The position numbers and the translations under genes were made by a program. From assembly GCA_041661545.1 (NCBI GenBank), contig JBAZUH010000001.1, positions 19,408-83,407 of the forward strand: 64,000 nt of DNA, given 5' to 3'. The DNA comes from Candidatus Staskawiczbacteria bacterium. Lineage in GTDB: Bacteria; Patescibacteriota; Minisyncoccia; Minisyncoccales; Staskawiczbacteraceae. The notes under the pieces were generated by a model. The model had not been told where the DNA came from. It saw nothing but the letters and a program-made list of their open reading frames with translations, and did no database searches. Below, piece by piece: positions 29,840 through 40,310 of this stretch. How positions within the stretch are numbered: position 1 is the stretch's first letter; each line of letters opens with the position of its first letter.

Positions 29840-30588
29840 TTAAGATAAATATGGTTTTATTAAACATATTAATTGCTTGTTTTTTAATAAGTTTGTGTGT
29901 TTGGATAGCTGTTATGTTTTTATTTTTTAAGCATGAAACACTATCTAAAATAACAATGTTTTTAGTTTCTCTTTCTGCAGGAGCATTAATAGGTGGTGCT
30001 TTTTTGCATTTATTACCAGAATCGGCTGAAAGACTAGAGCCCGAAAAGTTATTTTTTATTGTACTATTAGCTTTTGTTATTTTTTTCCTAATTGAAAAAA
30101 TGTTTCATTGGAGACATTGCCATAAAGAAAATTGCGAGATTCACTCTTTTGGTTATATGAATTTAGTTGGAGATTCTTTGCATAATTTTATTGATGGATT
30201 AGTAATTGCAAGCGCCTTTTTGGTTGATTTTAAGCTAGGAGTAGTTACAGCTCTTGCCATAGCTTTGCATGAAATTCCGCAGGAAATAGGCGATTTTGGA
30301 GTTTTAATACACGCGGGATTTAATAAAACAAGAGCATTGGTATTAAATTATATGGTTGCATCAACGGTTATTTTAGGGGGCATTGTGGGATATTTTGCGT
30401 CTTTTTATATGGATGGTGCAATAGTATATCTTTTGCCTATAGCCGCAGGCGGATTTATTTATATTGCAGCCTCTGATTTAATGCCAGAAATAAAAAAAGA
30501 AAGTAATTTTAAAAAGTCGGTTATATCTTTTAGTGTATTTTTATTGGGAATTATATTAATGTTTGTTGTAAAATTTTTAGATCGCTAA
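29821..30588 (+). CDS. ZIP-family metal (zinc) transporter, ZupT-like
   Basis: HNFIDGLVIASAF and ALHEIPQEIGDFGVL ZIP signature helices; overlaps the Fur gene. Confidence 0.8.
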   Translation: MPGSEIVKINMVLLNILIACFLISLCVWIAVMFLFFKHETLSKITMFLVSLSAGALIGGAFLHLLPESAERLEPEKLFFIVLLAFVIFFLIEKMFHWRHCHKENCEIHSFGYMNLVGDSLHNFIDGLVIASAFLVDFKLGVVTALAIALHEIPQEIGDFGVLIHAGFNKTRALVLNYMVASTVILGGIVGYFASFYMDGAIVYLLPIAAGGFIYIAASDLMPEIKKESNFKKSVISFSVFLLGIILMFVVKFLDR

Positions 30589-30661
30589 AAAATAAAAGCC
30601 TTCTCTTTATTGAGACGGTTTTTTGGTTGCTTGCCTGCTGGTAGGTTGGTATAATTAATTA

Positions 30662-31870
30662 ATGAAAAAGATAAAAAAATATTTAATAATTGCGCTGGTA
30701 ATATTATTTGTAATTTTGGTTGCTTCAATTGCGGGGTGGATTTTTTTGTCAAAATTTTTTATTGATTCAAAAAATATACAAATAGAAAATACTCAAGAAC
30801 TAACACCAATTAAAAATAATAATGACACAACAACTATTTATGGAGTAACAATGAGAAATGTGTGTTTTGATAAATTTGAAGATTTTGTTAAAAATTATAG
30901 TTCAGATTATTCAAAATGTTTAGTTGATTTTAATTTTGATCAAGGGCTTTGCAGTGGTTTTAATTTAGAAGAAGAAGGATTGGCTGATATAAACGTTGTT
31001 ATTATTTTAGATGCTTCAGGATCTATGGCCGAAACAGTTGGGGGGCAAAGTAAAATGAATATTGCTAAAAAAGCTGTGTCTAATTTTTTAATTAACATGC
31101 CAAGAGGAGTAAATACCGGGCTTATAGTGTATGGACACATGGGCTCTGGTGGATATTCTGGTAAAGATATATCTTGCTTGGGTATTGAAGAAGTAGTTAA
31201 GTTGGGCACTAATAATAGTAGTAATATTATTAGTGCGGTAAATTCTTTTCAACCCAAAGGTTGGACACCAATATCTAAATCTTTTGATTTTGCTAAAAAT
31301 ATTTTTGTTGAAAAAGGAGTAAAAAAGAAAAATTATTTGGTTTTAGTTTCTGATGGTATAGAGTCTTGTGATGGTGACCCGCTAACATCGGCTACTAATC
31401 TTAAATTAGGAGTAAAAGATATTAAATTAAATGTTATTGGCTTTACTGCAGATACAACTACGCAAGATTTTTTAAAAAATATTGCAACTAATGGTGGGGG
31501 CACTTATTTAACTGCTGATAATTCATCTAGCATGACCAAAGCTTTTAATGACCAGCTTTTAATAATTAAAAAAGAGTGCTTAAGAATGAGTGTTGCAAAG
31601 TCGGCTTTAGCAAATAAAGCTAATAATTTTAATAACTTAGATTGCTGGCTTGCTGAGTATAAAAAAGAAGTAGATAATTTGAATAAAGTAGCTTCAAGCG
31701 ACCCAATTAATACTTATTGTAATATTGAAATATCTAATGTGTTAAGCGCTAGAAACACAGAATTTTGGTATAAAAAACAGGCGTTAGAAGAACAGAATAA
31801 TTTTATTTATGAAAAAATTAAACTTGAGCTTAGTGGCCAGTTGCAATATTTAAACAGCCTAAAAAAATAA
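30662..31870 (+). CDS. membrane-anchored von Willebrand factor A (VWA) domain protein
   Basis: VVIILDASGSM MIDAS motif; N-terminal TM. Confidence 0.75.
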   Translation: MKKIKKYLIIALVILFVILVASIAGWIFLSKFFIDSKNIQIENTQELTPIKNNNDTTTIYGVTMRNVCFDKFEDFVKNYSSDYSKCLVDFNFDQGLCSGFNLEEEGLADINVVIILDASGSMAETVGGQSKMNIAKKAVSNFLINMPRGVNTGLIVYGHMGSGGYSGKDISCLGIEEVVKLGTNNSSNIISAVNSFQPKGWTPISKSFDFAKNIFVEKGVKKKNYLVLVSDGIESCDGDPLTSATNLKLGVKDIKLNVIGFTADTTTQDFLKNIATNGGGTYLTADNSSSMTKAFNDQLLIIKKECLRMSVAKSALANKANNFNNLDCWLAEYKKEVDNLNKVASSDPINTYCNIEISNVLSARNTEFWYKKQALEEQNNFIYEKIKLELSGQLQYLNSLKK

Positions 31871-32016
31871 AGTAATAAAAAACTGCTTGTTATAGCAGAA
31901 AATTTGTGGGAGCCCGGTGGTGGTTACACCGGGCTCCATTCGTGAGGCGGAGTGTGTTATCTGCTTTGCGCAAGTTTTTCGGCCGATTTCAGCCAATAAT
32001 CCTTAGCAGATGGTCT

Positions 32017-32039
32017 GCGGTCACTTGACCGCATTTTTT
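32017..32039 (+). terminator. terminator-like hairpin GCGGTC-ACTT-GACCGC followed by ATTTTTTG, inside the GC-rich noncoding region
   Basis: read directly. Confidence 0.5.
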
Positions 32040-32558
32040 GCTCCCCGTAGGCGGGAGCTACGTCCGTTTTGGCGCCCTCATGAGCGCGCAACCGCAAACT
32101 TCAGGGCTACGCGTTGTTGAGGATCGCCGGCGACGTGGGCAAGACGAGCGGGCCCTGGTTCACGGCGGCCTTCTTCGCGCGAGCGGTGGTGAGCATCGCC
32201 GGGATCGTGGCGATGTTGTTGGCGTTGAGCACGGTGGCTCGATGTCGGTGTTTCATGCCGTTATTGGGGTTGGGGTTGGTTTCTTTCGAGGGTCGCCTTT
32301 TCGGGGCGAGTTGGGCCTACACTCGTAGCCACAACCATAAATTCCTAAAAAATTTAGAACCTTATGGTTGTGGCTACAAAAGAGATAATTGTTAAAGAGC
32401 TATTACTAACATTATATTAGTTTATAAAAAAACAAATATAGTGTCAAGACTTTAACAGATTTTGTAATAAATTTACATATTTTTTGTAGTAATATAATAC
32501 AGATAAAATTAAGCCTAAGATCGAGCAATAAGGCCAATTGTGTGATATATTATAGAAT

Positions 32559-33143
32559 ATGAACGATTCGTATTTGGATAAAAAAGATGAAGAAATAGTC
32601 TTGTTAGTTCAATCTGGGCAGGTTGAACCTTTTAACATACTAATAAATAGATATGAAAAGAAAATGGCGCGATATGCGGGTAGATTGTTAAGCAATAGAG
32701 ATGATATTCAAGATGTTGTTCAAGATATATTTACAAAAACTTATGTAAATATAAAAAGTTTTGATGTTAATAGAAAGTTTTCTTCATGGCTGTATCGCAT
32801 TGCTCACAATGAAATTGTAAACGTATTTAAAAAAAACAAGAAAAACTTTTTACCTATTTTTGATGTAGATATATTTTTTCCTCAGCATGCTAAGAAAAAC
32901 TATGAGGAAATAAATAAAGATTTAGAACGCAAAGAAATGCAAAAAATGATATCTGTTTATTTTGAAAAACTTGGAGAAAAATATAAAGAACCAATAGCTT
33001 TATATTATTTAGAAGATCTTAGTTATAAAGAAATTTCTGAAGTTATGCAAATACCTGTAGTAACAGTTGGAGTAAGAATTAAAAGAGCAAAAGAAATGTT
33101 AAAAAATATTTTTAAAGAACAAGGATATGAATATGGAAAATAA
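32559..33143 (+). CDS. RNA polymerase ECF-type sigma factor
   Basis: sigma-70 region 2 (DVVQDIFTKTY...SWLYRIAHNEIVN) and region 4 (YKEISEVMQIPVVTVGVRIKRAKEMLK). Confidence 0.85.
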   Translation: MNDSYLDKKDEEIVLLVQSGQVEPFNILINRYEKKMARYAGRLLSNRDDIQDVVQDIFTKTYVNIKSFDVNRKFSSWLYRIAHNEIVNVFKKNKKNFLPIFDVDIFFPQHAKKNYEEINKDLERKEMQKMISVYFEKLGEKYKEPIALYYLEDLSYKEISEVMQIPVVTVGVRIKRAKEMLKNIFKEQGYEYGK

Positions 33144-33882
33144 TGAAAAACAAAACAATATAGCAGAACGAATAATAGACAAGATTAAAGAAGGAGAGAT
33201 AAAAATGAAGCCCAAGGCTTATTTTATAGCTAGAATGGTTTTATTTGTATTGGGAATTACTGTTTTATCTTTATTCTTAATATATATTGTTAGCTTTATT
33301 ATTTTTTCATCAAGAATTAGTGGAGGTTGGTTTTTGCCACAATTTGGATTTTCAGGAATAGGCATTCTTTTAAGATCTTTGCCATGGCTGTTAATATCTT
33401 TATCAATAATTTTAATTATTTTCTTAGAAATTTTTGCAGAACATTTTTCTTTTATATATAAAAAAGCAACGGTTTATTCTTTGTTTGGCATTATTGGAAT
33501 AGTTTTATTGGCAGGTTTTATGGTGGGGTTAAGTCCGTTTCATACTAGCTTATTTCAGTCGGCCAGAAATGGGGAACTTCCCTTAATAGGATCTTTTTAC
33601 GAAAGACAAGGAGCCCCTAGATTTAATAATTTTCATAATGTTAGTGTTTCATCGGTGGGTGATAAAGAATTTACTGTTATTAACCCTCGCGGAGAAATAT
33701 TAAGGGTTATTACAGAAGATCAAATAGACCAGGAACTTAAAGAAGGAGATTCTATTTTATTAATTGGCCAAAGAGATGGAGATATAATAAAATTTAAACA
33801 AATGAGGAAGGTAAATGAAGATGCTAATTTTTTTCCTAAGCATCGACCAGGAAAAATGATGAGGCCCCCTTTTCTGAAATAA
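33127..33882 (+). CDS. membrane protein, putative anti-sigma factor (by position)
   Basis: overlaps the sigma gene stop; several TM helices; no motif. Confidence 0.35.
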   Translation: MNMENNEKQNNIAERIIDKIKEGEIKMKPKAYFIARMVLFVLGITVLSLFLIYIVSFIIFSSRISGGWFLPQFGFSGIGILLRSLPWLLISLSIILIIFLEIFAEHFSFIYKKATVYSLFGIIGIVLLAGFMVGLSPFHTSLFQSARNGELPLIGSFYERQGAPRFNNFHNVSVSSVGDKEFTVINPRGEILRVITEDQIDQELKEGDSILLIGQRDGDIIKFKQMRKVNEDANFFPKHRPGKMMRPPFLK

Positions 33883-33977
33883 AATTTGTAATAAAAGCTG
33901 TTTTTTATTGTAGTAAAGAGTGAAGGCAATAAGAAGCCTTTCAAAGGTCGGGCCTATAATAATTAAAAAATATAAAT

Positions 33978-34502
33978 ATGATAAAAAATAAATATTTTAG
34001 ATACGCAACCATTGGAGCAGTAACTTTAGCAACTTTAGGAATAATTGCTGTTGGCACTGTTTCTGCAGCCACTACTACACAAAACAGCCCGATGTCTAAT
34101 TTAGTAAGCGCAATTGCTCAAAGGTTTAATTTAAATTCTTCGGATGTTCAAAAGGTATTTGATGATCAGCAAATACAAATGCATAGTCAAATGGTGCAAA
34201 AAAATACAGACAAGGTAAATGAAGCGGTTGCTAATGGTAAAATAACTCAGGATCAAGCTAATAAAATTTTAGCTAAAAGAGCTGAGCTAGAAGCACAAAG
34301 AGTTGCTTTTAGAGCAAGTTTAGAAGGTAAAACAAAAACAGAGATACAAACAGCAATGAAAGCTCATAGAGATACTCTTTTGCAATGGGCAAAAGATAAT
34401 AATATTCCAGAACAATATTTAATGATGTTTGGAGGGTTAAAGGGTGCAGGAGGAGGATTTGGATTTGGTCGTCATGGATTGGGTGGATCTAATCAAAAAT
34501 AA
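33978..34502 (+). CDS. secreted hypothetical protein
   Basis: signal peptide, helical Q/A-rich, Gly-rich tail. Confidence 0.45.
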   Translation: MIKNKYFRYATIGAVTLATLGIIAVGTVSAATTTQNSPMSNLVSAIAQRFNLNSSDVQKVFDDQQIQMHSQMVQKNTDKVNEAVANGKITQDQANKILAKRAELEAQRVAFRASLEGKTKTEIQTAMKAHRDTLLQWAKDNNIPEQYLMMFGGLKGAGGGFGFGRHGLGGSNQK

Positions 34503-34511
34503 TTAATTTAT

Positions 34512-34542
34512 AAAAACCGCTTTTTAAGTAAAGCGGTTTTTG
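34512..34542. terminator. bidirectional terminator AAAAACCGCTTTTTAAGTAAAGCGGTTTTTG
   Basis: perfect stem with A- and T-tracts. Confidence 0.7.
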
Positions 34543-34557
34543 TTTATAATTTAATGG

Positions 34558-35118
34558 TTGACTTTAATACTATTTAGTTGTAATTTATATATGCCTGCAA
34601 TGAGTGTTGCGGGCACACAACAGCACGTTGACAAAACACAGAAAGCAACCATGAAAATTCCAAATGTTTTAGATTTTTTGACTAAGGCCGAAAGAGACCG
34701 GGCGATTTTTGTTAGGCCAACGCTCGGAAAAGAGCTAGAGGCCGTTGATGGCATAGGCCATAATTTTTTTCCGCAATGCTTGTTTTTGTCAGCCAAGCTG
34801 ATGACTTTGCAAAAGGGGACTGTGATTCCTTTCCATGCTCATGCGAATAAGGAGAAATTCTATCTTCTTTTGGATGGCAATAACTTGCAAGTGACAATGG
34901 CGACAAATGAAAAAGGTCGCCATGAAATTCGCACAGTGGAACTAATGCGCGGAGACGTGCTTTTTATCCCAACAGTGTGTCCTCACTGTGTGAGATACTG
35001 TCCACAACATTATCCCGACCCCTGCAAGGTGCTTGTTATTGCGTCGTCTCAAAATTCAGATGATATTTATTGGGAAGACGGAGTTGAGGCGCTGATTTCT
35101 AATGGATCTAGCCAGTAA
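34558..35118 (+). CDS. cupin-domain protein (start uncertain; moderately higher GC)
   Basis: GTVIPFHAHANKEKFYLLLDG...GDVLFIP matches the two cupin motifs; candidate promoter TTGACT-17-TAATTT at 34556. Confidence 0.55.
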   Translation: MTLILFSCNLYMPAMSVAGTQQHVDKTQKATMKIPNVLDFLTKAERDRAIFVRPTLGKELEAVDGIGHNFFPQCLFLSAKLMTLQKGTVIPFHAHANKEKFYLLLDGNNLQVTMATNEKGRHEIRTVELMRGDVLFIPTVCPHCVRYCPQHYPDPCKVLVIASSQNSDDIYWEDGVEALISNGSSQ

Positions 35119-35194
35119 TCTTTTTTCGCACATACCCTGAGGCAACAACCACAGGGCTCTTTTTTTATTTTTGATTATTTGATAATATAGAAGC

Positions 35195-35734
35195 ATGGAA
35201 AAACATAATATTATAATTTATTCAACGCCAACTTGCCCTAATTGTGCTAAAACTAAAAAATATTTTAATGACAATAATGTAGAATTTGAAAATATTGATG
35301 TAAGTCAAAATCCTGATGCAATTGCTAAAATGATAGAAAAAAGTGGACAAATGGGAGTGCCTGTTATTGATATTGACGGTCAGTTTATAGTAGGTTTTCA
35401 ACCAGGATTATTTAAGAAAATATTAGGACTTGGTTCGGCAACAGATTTAGATTTATTAATTGCCAATGGAGCAGTTGTTGTTGATGTGCGCACATCTGCC
35501 GAATATGAGCAGGGCCATATGAAAGATTCATTAAATATTCCGCTAGATCAACTTGAAGATCATTTATTAGAATTGAATAAAAATAAACCAATAATTGTTT
35601 GTTGTGAATCGGGAAGTAGAAGTGGTGTTGCTAAGCAAATATTAGAAGCTAATGGATTTGGCGATGTATATAATGGTGGCAATTGTAATAATCTTAAAGA
35701 ATCTGTAGGTGGAGGATCTTGTCCTGCAGAATAA
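35195..35734 (+). CDS. glutaredoxin-like / rhodanese-domain fusion protein
   Basis: IIIYSTPTCPNCAKTKKYF thioredoxin-fold CxxC; C-terminal rhodanese with active-site CCESGSRS. Confidence 0.75.
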   Translation: MEKHNIIIYSTPTCPNCAKTKKYFNDNNVEFENIDVSQNPDAIAKMIEKSGQMGVPVIDIDGQFIVGFQPGLFKKILGLGSATDLDLLIANGAVVVDVRTSAEYEQGHMKDSLNIPLDQLEDHLLELNKNKPIIVCCESGSRSGVAKQILEANGFGDVYNGGNCNNLKESVGGGSCPAE

Positions 35735-35758
35735 AATTTAAAAATAATTAAATAATAT

Positions 35759-36373
35759 ATGAAAAAAGTAATTTTAATATCAATAATTATTATAGTTATT
35801 ATTTTAATAGTTGTTGGGGTCATATATATTATGCAATCTCAGCAAAATGGAGGGAGTAGTCAATTTTTAAATAATAATTCAAATATAAAAAATATGAAAC
35901 ATATTGTTACAATAAAAACAAACGTAGGAGAAATTAAATTTGCAACTTATGATGCCGATGCTCCAAACACAGTTAAAAATTTTATAACTTTAGCTGAAAA
36001 AGGGTTTTATGATGGAGTGATTTTTCATAGAGTTATTCCTGGATTTATGATTCAAGGAGGAGATCCAACAGGAACAGGAACTGGAGGACCTGGCTATCAA
36101 TTTGCTGATGAGTTAAATCCAGAAACAGAATCTTATAAAGCAGGATATGTAAAGGGTGTAGTTGCTATGGCTAATGCTGGGCCAAATACTAATGGCAGTC
36201 AATTTTTTATAATGGTTGCTGATTATCCATTACCAAACAGTTACTCTATTTTTGGTAAAGTAATTTTTGGACAAGAAATAGCAGAGGCAATTTCTAATTT
36301 AAAAACTGATGACAATGATAAGCCAATATCTAAGGTAATAATGGAAAAAGTTACTGTTACAGATAGTGAATAA
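35759..36373 (+). CDS. cyclophilin-type peptidyl-prolyl cis-trans isomerase, membrane-anchored
   Basis: FHRVIPGFMIQGGDPTGTGTGGPG signature; N-terminal TM. Confidence 0.9.
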   Translation: MKKVILISIIIIVIILIVVGVIYIMQSQQNGGSSQFLNNNSNIKNMKHIVTIKTNVGEIKFATYDADAPNTVKNFITLAEKGFYDGVIFHRVIPGFMIQGGDPTGTGTGGPGYQFADELNPETESYKAGYVKGVVAMANAGPNTNGSQFFIMVADYPLPNSYSIFGKVIFGQEIAEAISNLKTDDNDKPISKVIMEKVTVTDSE

Positions 36374-36402
36374 ACTTTTTAAAAATTAGATTATAAACCA
36401 GG

Positions 36403-36425
36403 GTCGCTTTTTAAGCGACTTTTTG
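36403..36425 (+). terminator. rho-independent terminator (GTCGCTT-TTT-AAGCGAC TTTTTGG)
   Basis: read directly. Confidence 0.6.
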
Positions 36426-36440
36426 GTAAAATTATAAAAT

Positions 36441-38984
36441 ATGCAACAAGATAATAATTTTTATGGTCTTAGTCAAAAAGACGCAGATATAATTTTAAGC
36501 AAAGAAGGGTTTAATGAATTGCCTTCTCAAAAAAGACAAAATGGTTTTGTGATTTTGTTTAAAATTATGTCAGAGCCTATGTTTATTCTTTTAATAGGAG
36601 CCGGGTTGGTCTATTTTTTCATTGGAGACATAAAAGACGCGCTCTTATTGGGGTTTTCAGTGTTAGTAGTTATTGCGATTACATTTTATCAAGAAAGAAA
36701 AACAGAAAAAACTTTAGAAGCTTTAAGGGATTTATCAAGCCCCAGAGCTTTAGTTATTAGAGACGGCGAACATAAAAGAATTGCTGGCAGAGAAGTGGTT
36801 AAAGGAGATATTGTTGTGATACGTGAAGGAGATAGGGTCCCTGCTGATGGAGTTATTTTGTCATCTGAAAATCTTTATGTAGACGAATCTTTGTTAACTG
36901 GAGAATCAATTTCTGTAAGGAAAACTGAATGGGACAAAGAATTAAAACAACAAAGGCCCGGTGGAGATAATTTGCCTTTTATTTATTCTGGTTCTTTGGT
37001 AACAAGTGGTAGATGTATTGCAAAAATAACTTCTACTGGATTAAATACAGAAATTGGGAAAATTGGTAAAAGTTTAGAAAAAATTAAATATGAAGACACA
37101 TTGTTGCATAAAGAAACTGCAAAAATAGTTAGAACAATAGCTATAATAGGGGCTATTTTATGCGTGTTAGTGATTGCTTTCTATATATTGGCAAAAGGGC
37201 AATTAGTTGATGGGTTTTTAGCAGGAATTACTTTGAGTATGGCAATATTGCCAGAAGAGTTTCCTATTGTGCTTTTAATATTTTTAACTTTGGGAGCGTG
37301 GAGGATTTCTAAAAAAAGAGTGCTTACCAGAAGAGCCGCAGCAATAGAAACACTGGGAGCTGCAACTGTGCTTTGTGCAGATAAAACAGGCACATTAACA
37401 TTAAATAAAATGGAATTAAGTAGCTTGTATTCACAAGGAGATTTTTATGAATTAAGTAATTTAGCTTCTACAGAGTTGTCTATAAAATTTAAAGAACTTT
37501 TAGGATATGGAGTTTTAGCTAGTCAAAAAGATCCATTTGACCCAATAGAAAAAGAATTAAACAAAATGGGAAGCTTATATCTTAGGCATTTTGACAGAGA
37601 ATATCATAATTTTAAATTAGTAAAAGAATATCCTTTGTCAAAAAAGATGTTGGCGTTGTCTCATGTGTGGCAATCTAAAAATAATAATAATTTAATTGTT
37701 GCATGTAAAGGAGCGCCAGAATCTGTTTTAGATTTATGCCATATAGAAAACAACAAAAAGAAAGAATTATTAAGTGTAGTAGAAGGAATGTCTAAAAAGG
37801 GCATGAGAGTTTTGGGTGTAGCTCGTGCAAGATTTTTAGGAAACAATTTACCAACAGATCAACACGATTTTAAGTTTGAATTTTTAGGTCTTTTAGGTTT
37901 TATTGATCCTATAAGAGCTTCCGCTCCTGATGCGGTTAAAGAAGTTTATGAGGCGGGCATGAGAGTTATTATGATTACAGGAGATTATCCTGGCACCGCT
38001 CAATATGTTGCTAGAAAAATTGGAATAAAAAATTCAGAAGAATATTTAACAGGAGAAGATTTAGATAATATTAGTCATCTTGAATTGAGAGAAAAAATAA
38101 AAACAGTTAATATTTTTGCTAGAATTATTCCAGAACAAAAATTACTGATAGTAAATGCCCTAAAAGCAAATAACGAAATAGTGGCTATGACTGGTGACGG
38201 AGTAAATGATGCGCCAGCATTAAAAGCTGCTCATATTGGTATTGCCATGGGTGAAAGGGGAACCGATGTTGCCCGAGAAGCTTCGGCGTTGGTTTTATTA
38301 AATGATGATTTTTCTTCTATTGTTGACGCAGTTCGTTTGGGCAGAAGAATATATAACAATTTAAAAAGGTCTATGGGCTATCTTTTGGCAGTTCATGTGC
38401 CCATTGCAGGGATGTCTGTTTTGCCTTTATTTTTTGGATTGCCCATTGTTCTTTTGCCAGCACACGTTGCTTTTTTGGAGCTTATTATTGACCCTGCTTG
38501 TTCAACAGTTTTTGAATCAGAAAAAGAAGATAAAAATATAATGAAAAGACCTCCTAGAAATATTAGGCACCCCATGTTTAATTCTGAAACAGTGCTGATT
38601 AGTGTAATTCAGGGGGCGGGTGTTCTAGTAGCTATTTTTATATTATTTATTTTTGCCGTAAAAACCGGTAGAAGCGAGTTAGAAGCCCGCTCAATAGCAT
38701 TTTTATCTTTAGTTATAGCGAATATTTTATTAATTATTATTAATTTATCTTGGAGAAAAAATGTTCACAAAATTATTTTATCTGCTAATAAAATATTATT
38801 TTTTGTAGTTATTGGAGCTTTAATTTGTTTGTCAGCTGTTCTTTATGTTCCATTTTTTATGAATCTTTTTCATTTAGCATCATTAGATTTTACGGACGTA
38901 ATTTTTATTGGAGTAGCTATGTTTTTAAGTTTATTATGGTTTGAAATATTAAAAATAATAAGAAATAAAAATCAGATAAATTAA
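36441..38984 (+). CDS. cation-transporting P-type ATPase (type II, Ca2+/Mg2+-like)
   Basis: CADKTGTLTLN phosphorylation site, MITGDYPGTA, GDGVNDAPALKAAHIGIAMG. Confidence 0.9.
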   Translation: MQQDNNFYGLSQKDADIILSKEGFNELPSQKRQNGFVILFKIMSEPMFILLIGAGLVYFFIGDIKDALLLGFSVLVVIAITFYQERKTEKTLEALRDLSSPRALVIRDGEHKRIAGREVVKGDIVVIREGDRVPADGVILSSENLYVDESLLTGESISVRKTEWDKELKQQRPGGDNLPFIYSGSLVTSGRCIAKITSTGLNTEIGKIGKSLEKIKYEDTLLHKETAKIVRTIAIIGAILCVLVIAFYILAKGQLVDGFLAGITLSMAILPEEFPIVLLIFLTLGAWRISKKRVLTRRAAAIETLGAATVLCADKTGTLTLNKMELSSLYSQGDFYELSNLASTELSIKFKELLGYGVLASQKDPFDPIEKELNKMGSLYLRHFDREYHNFKLVKEYPLSKKMLALSHVWQSKNNNNLIVACKGAPESVLDLCHIENNKKKELLSVVEGMSKKGMRVLGVARARFLGNNLPTDQHDFKFEFLGLLGFIDPIRASAPDAVKEVYEAGMRVIMITGDYPGTAQYVARKIGIKNSEEYLTGEDLDNISHLELREKIKTVNIFARIIPEQKLLIVNALKANNEIVAMTGDGVNDAPALKAAHIGIAMGERGTDVAREASALVLLNDDFSSIVDAVRLGRRIYNNLKRSMGYLLAVHVPIAGMSVLPLFFGLPIVLLPAHVAFLELIIDPACSTVFESEKEDKNIMKRPPRNIRHPMFNSETVLISVIQGAGVLVAIFILFIFAVKTGRSELEARSIAFLSLVIANILLIIINLSWRKNVHKIILSANKILFFVVIGALICLSAVLYVPFFMNLFHLASLDFTDVIFIGVAMFLSLLWFEILKIIRNKNQIN

Positions 38985-38991
38985 AACCGTT

Positions 38992-39891
38992 ATGAAAAAA
39001 AGAATAGGTTCAATTTTAATAATAATAGCTGCGTTGCTTTGGGCAGTAGATGGTGTAATTCGTAGAAATTTATACACAATACCTCCTATTACAATAATTT
39101 TTCTAGAACATCTAGTTGGGATGATTATTTTATTACCCTTTGTTTTTAAATACATTTTAAAAACAAAAATTAGTAAAAAAGAATGGGGGCTTATAATTTT
39201 AATATCATTTTTAAGTGGACTTTTAGGAACATTATGGTTTACAACTGCACTTCTTAAAGTTTCTTTTATTTCTTTTTCAGTAGTATTTTTATTGCAAAAA
39301 CTTCAACCAATTTTTGCAATTGCTACAGCATCTATTTTTTTAAAAGAAAAATTAGATAAACGCTATATTATTTGGGCTATTATAGCTATAGTTTCAGCTT
39401 ATTTTGTTACATTCCCCAATGGATACATAAATTTATCTACTGGTAAAGACACAATTGCAGCAGCCTTGTTTGCCTTAGGCGCTGCTTTGGCCTGGGGGTC
39501 TTCAACAACATTTTCAAAAATGCTTTTAGGAAAAGTTAGGGCAGAAGTAAGCACTTTTTATAGATTCCTTTTTACATTGTGTATGGCTCTCCCGATAATA
39601 ATTATTCTTGGTTATAGCGATAGCTTATTTAAGGTTTTGCCATATCAATGGGGTCTTTTTGCTATAATAGCTGTTTCTACTGGTATGTTAGCATTGGTTA
39701 TTTATTATAAAGGTTTAGCAACAACTCCAGTTCATATATCTACTATTTTAGAGCTTACGTTTCCATTTGTTGCAATTTTAATAGATATGAGTTTATATAA
39801 TACTTTTCTTGGAGCATCTCAATGGTTGTCAGCTTGTTTATTGGTTTTTAGTATTTATAAAATTACTCAATTAAGAGAAAATATAATTTAA
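38992..39891 (+). CDS. DMT-superfamily (EamA-like) transporter
   Basis: 10-TM hydrophobic profile, two EamA halves. Confidence 0.6.
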   Translation: MKKRIGSILIIIAALLWAVDGVIRRNLYTIPPITIIFLEHLVGMIILLPFVFKYILKTKISKKEWGLIILISFLSGLLGTLWFTTALLKVSFISFSVVFLLQKLQPIFAIATASIFLKEKLDKRYIIWAIIAIVSAYFVTFPNGYINLSTGKDTIAAALFALGAALAWGSSTTFSKMLLGKVRAEVSTFYRFLFTLCMALPIIIILGYSDSLFKVLPYQWGLFAIIAVSTGMLALVIYYKGLATTPVHISTILELTFPFVAILIDMSLYNTFLGASQWLSACLLVFSIYKITQLRENII

Positions 39892-40229
39892 TGAATATTA
39901 CGGGCTTAGTAATTAGGGGAGCACAAAAGGGGAGAATATTAGGATTCCCCACGGCTAATATTAAGGTAAATATAAAATTAGAGTCCGGTATTTATGCAGG
40001 CAGAGTTATTATTAATAATAAAAAATATGGTTGTGCGCTTTATTGTGCTGGAGATAAAATTATAGAAGCGTTTATTTTTGATTTTGCAGAAAACTTATAT
40101 GGCAAAAATGTAGAAGTAAAGATAATGAATAAAATTAGAGACAAGAAGATTTTTAAAAGCAACACAGAGGCAAAAGAACAAATTGCAGAAGACGTATTGT
40201 TAGCTAAAAAGTTTTTATTAAAGAAATAA
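39891..40229 (+). CDS. riboflavin kinase domain protein (stand-alone RibF C-terminal-like)
   Basis: GFPTANI motif and overall RFK fold pattern, 112 aa. Confidence 0.6.
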   Translation: MNITGLVIRGAQKGRILGFPTANIKVNIKLESGIYAGRVIINNKKYGCALYCAGDKIIEAFIFDFAENLYGKNVEVKIMNKIRDKKIFKSNTEAKEQIAEDVLLAKKFLLKK

Positions 40230-40241
40230 ATAAAACAAAAA

Positions 40242-40271
40242 GCTCGCCACAACTATAGGGGCGACTTTTTT
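40242..40271 (+). terminator. rho-independent terminator (CTCGCC...GGCGAC TTTTTT)
   Basis: read directly. Confidence 0.55.
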
Positions 40272-40310
40272 AGTCTAGATTTTTTCTAAAAAACGTGTTA
40301 AAGTTTTTTT

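Noticed and set aside
32038-32395. ORFs 32038-32328(+) and 32114-32395(+), and a 49-codon minus-strand frame 32107-32256
   Set aside because: Same compositional-artefact pattern in a GC-rich segment; no RBS; low-complexity translations
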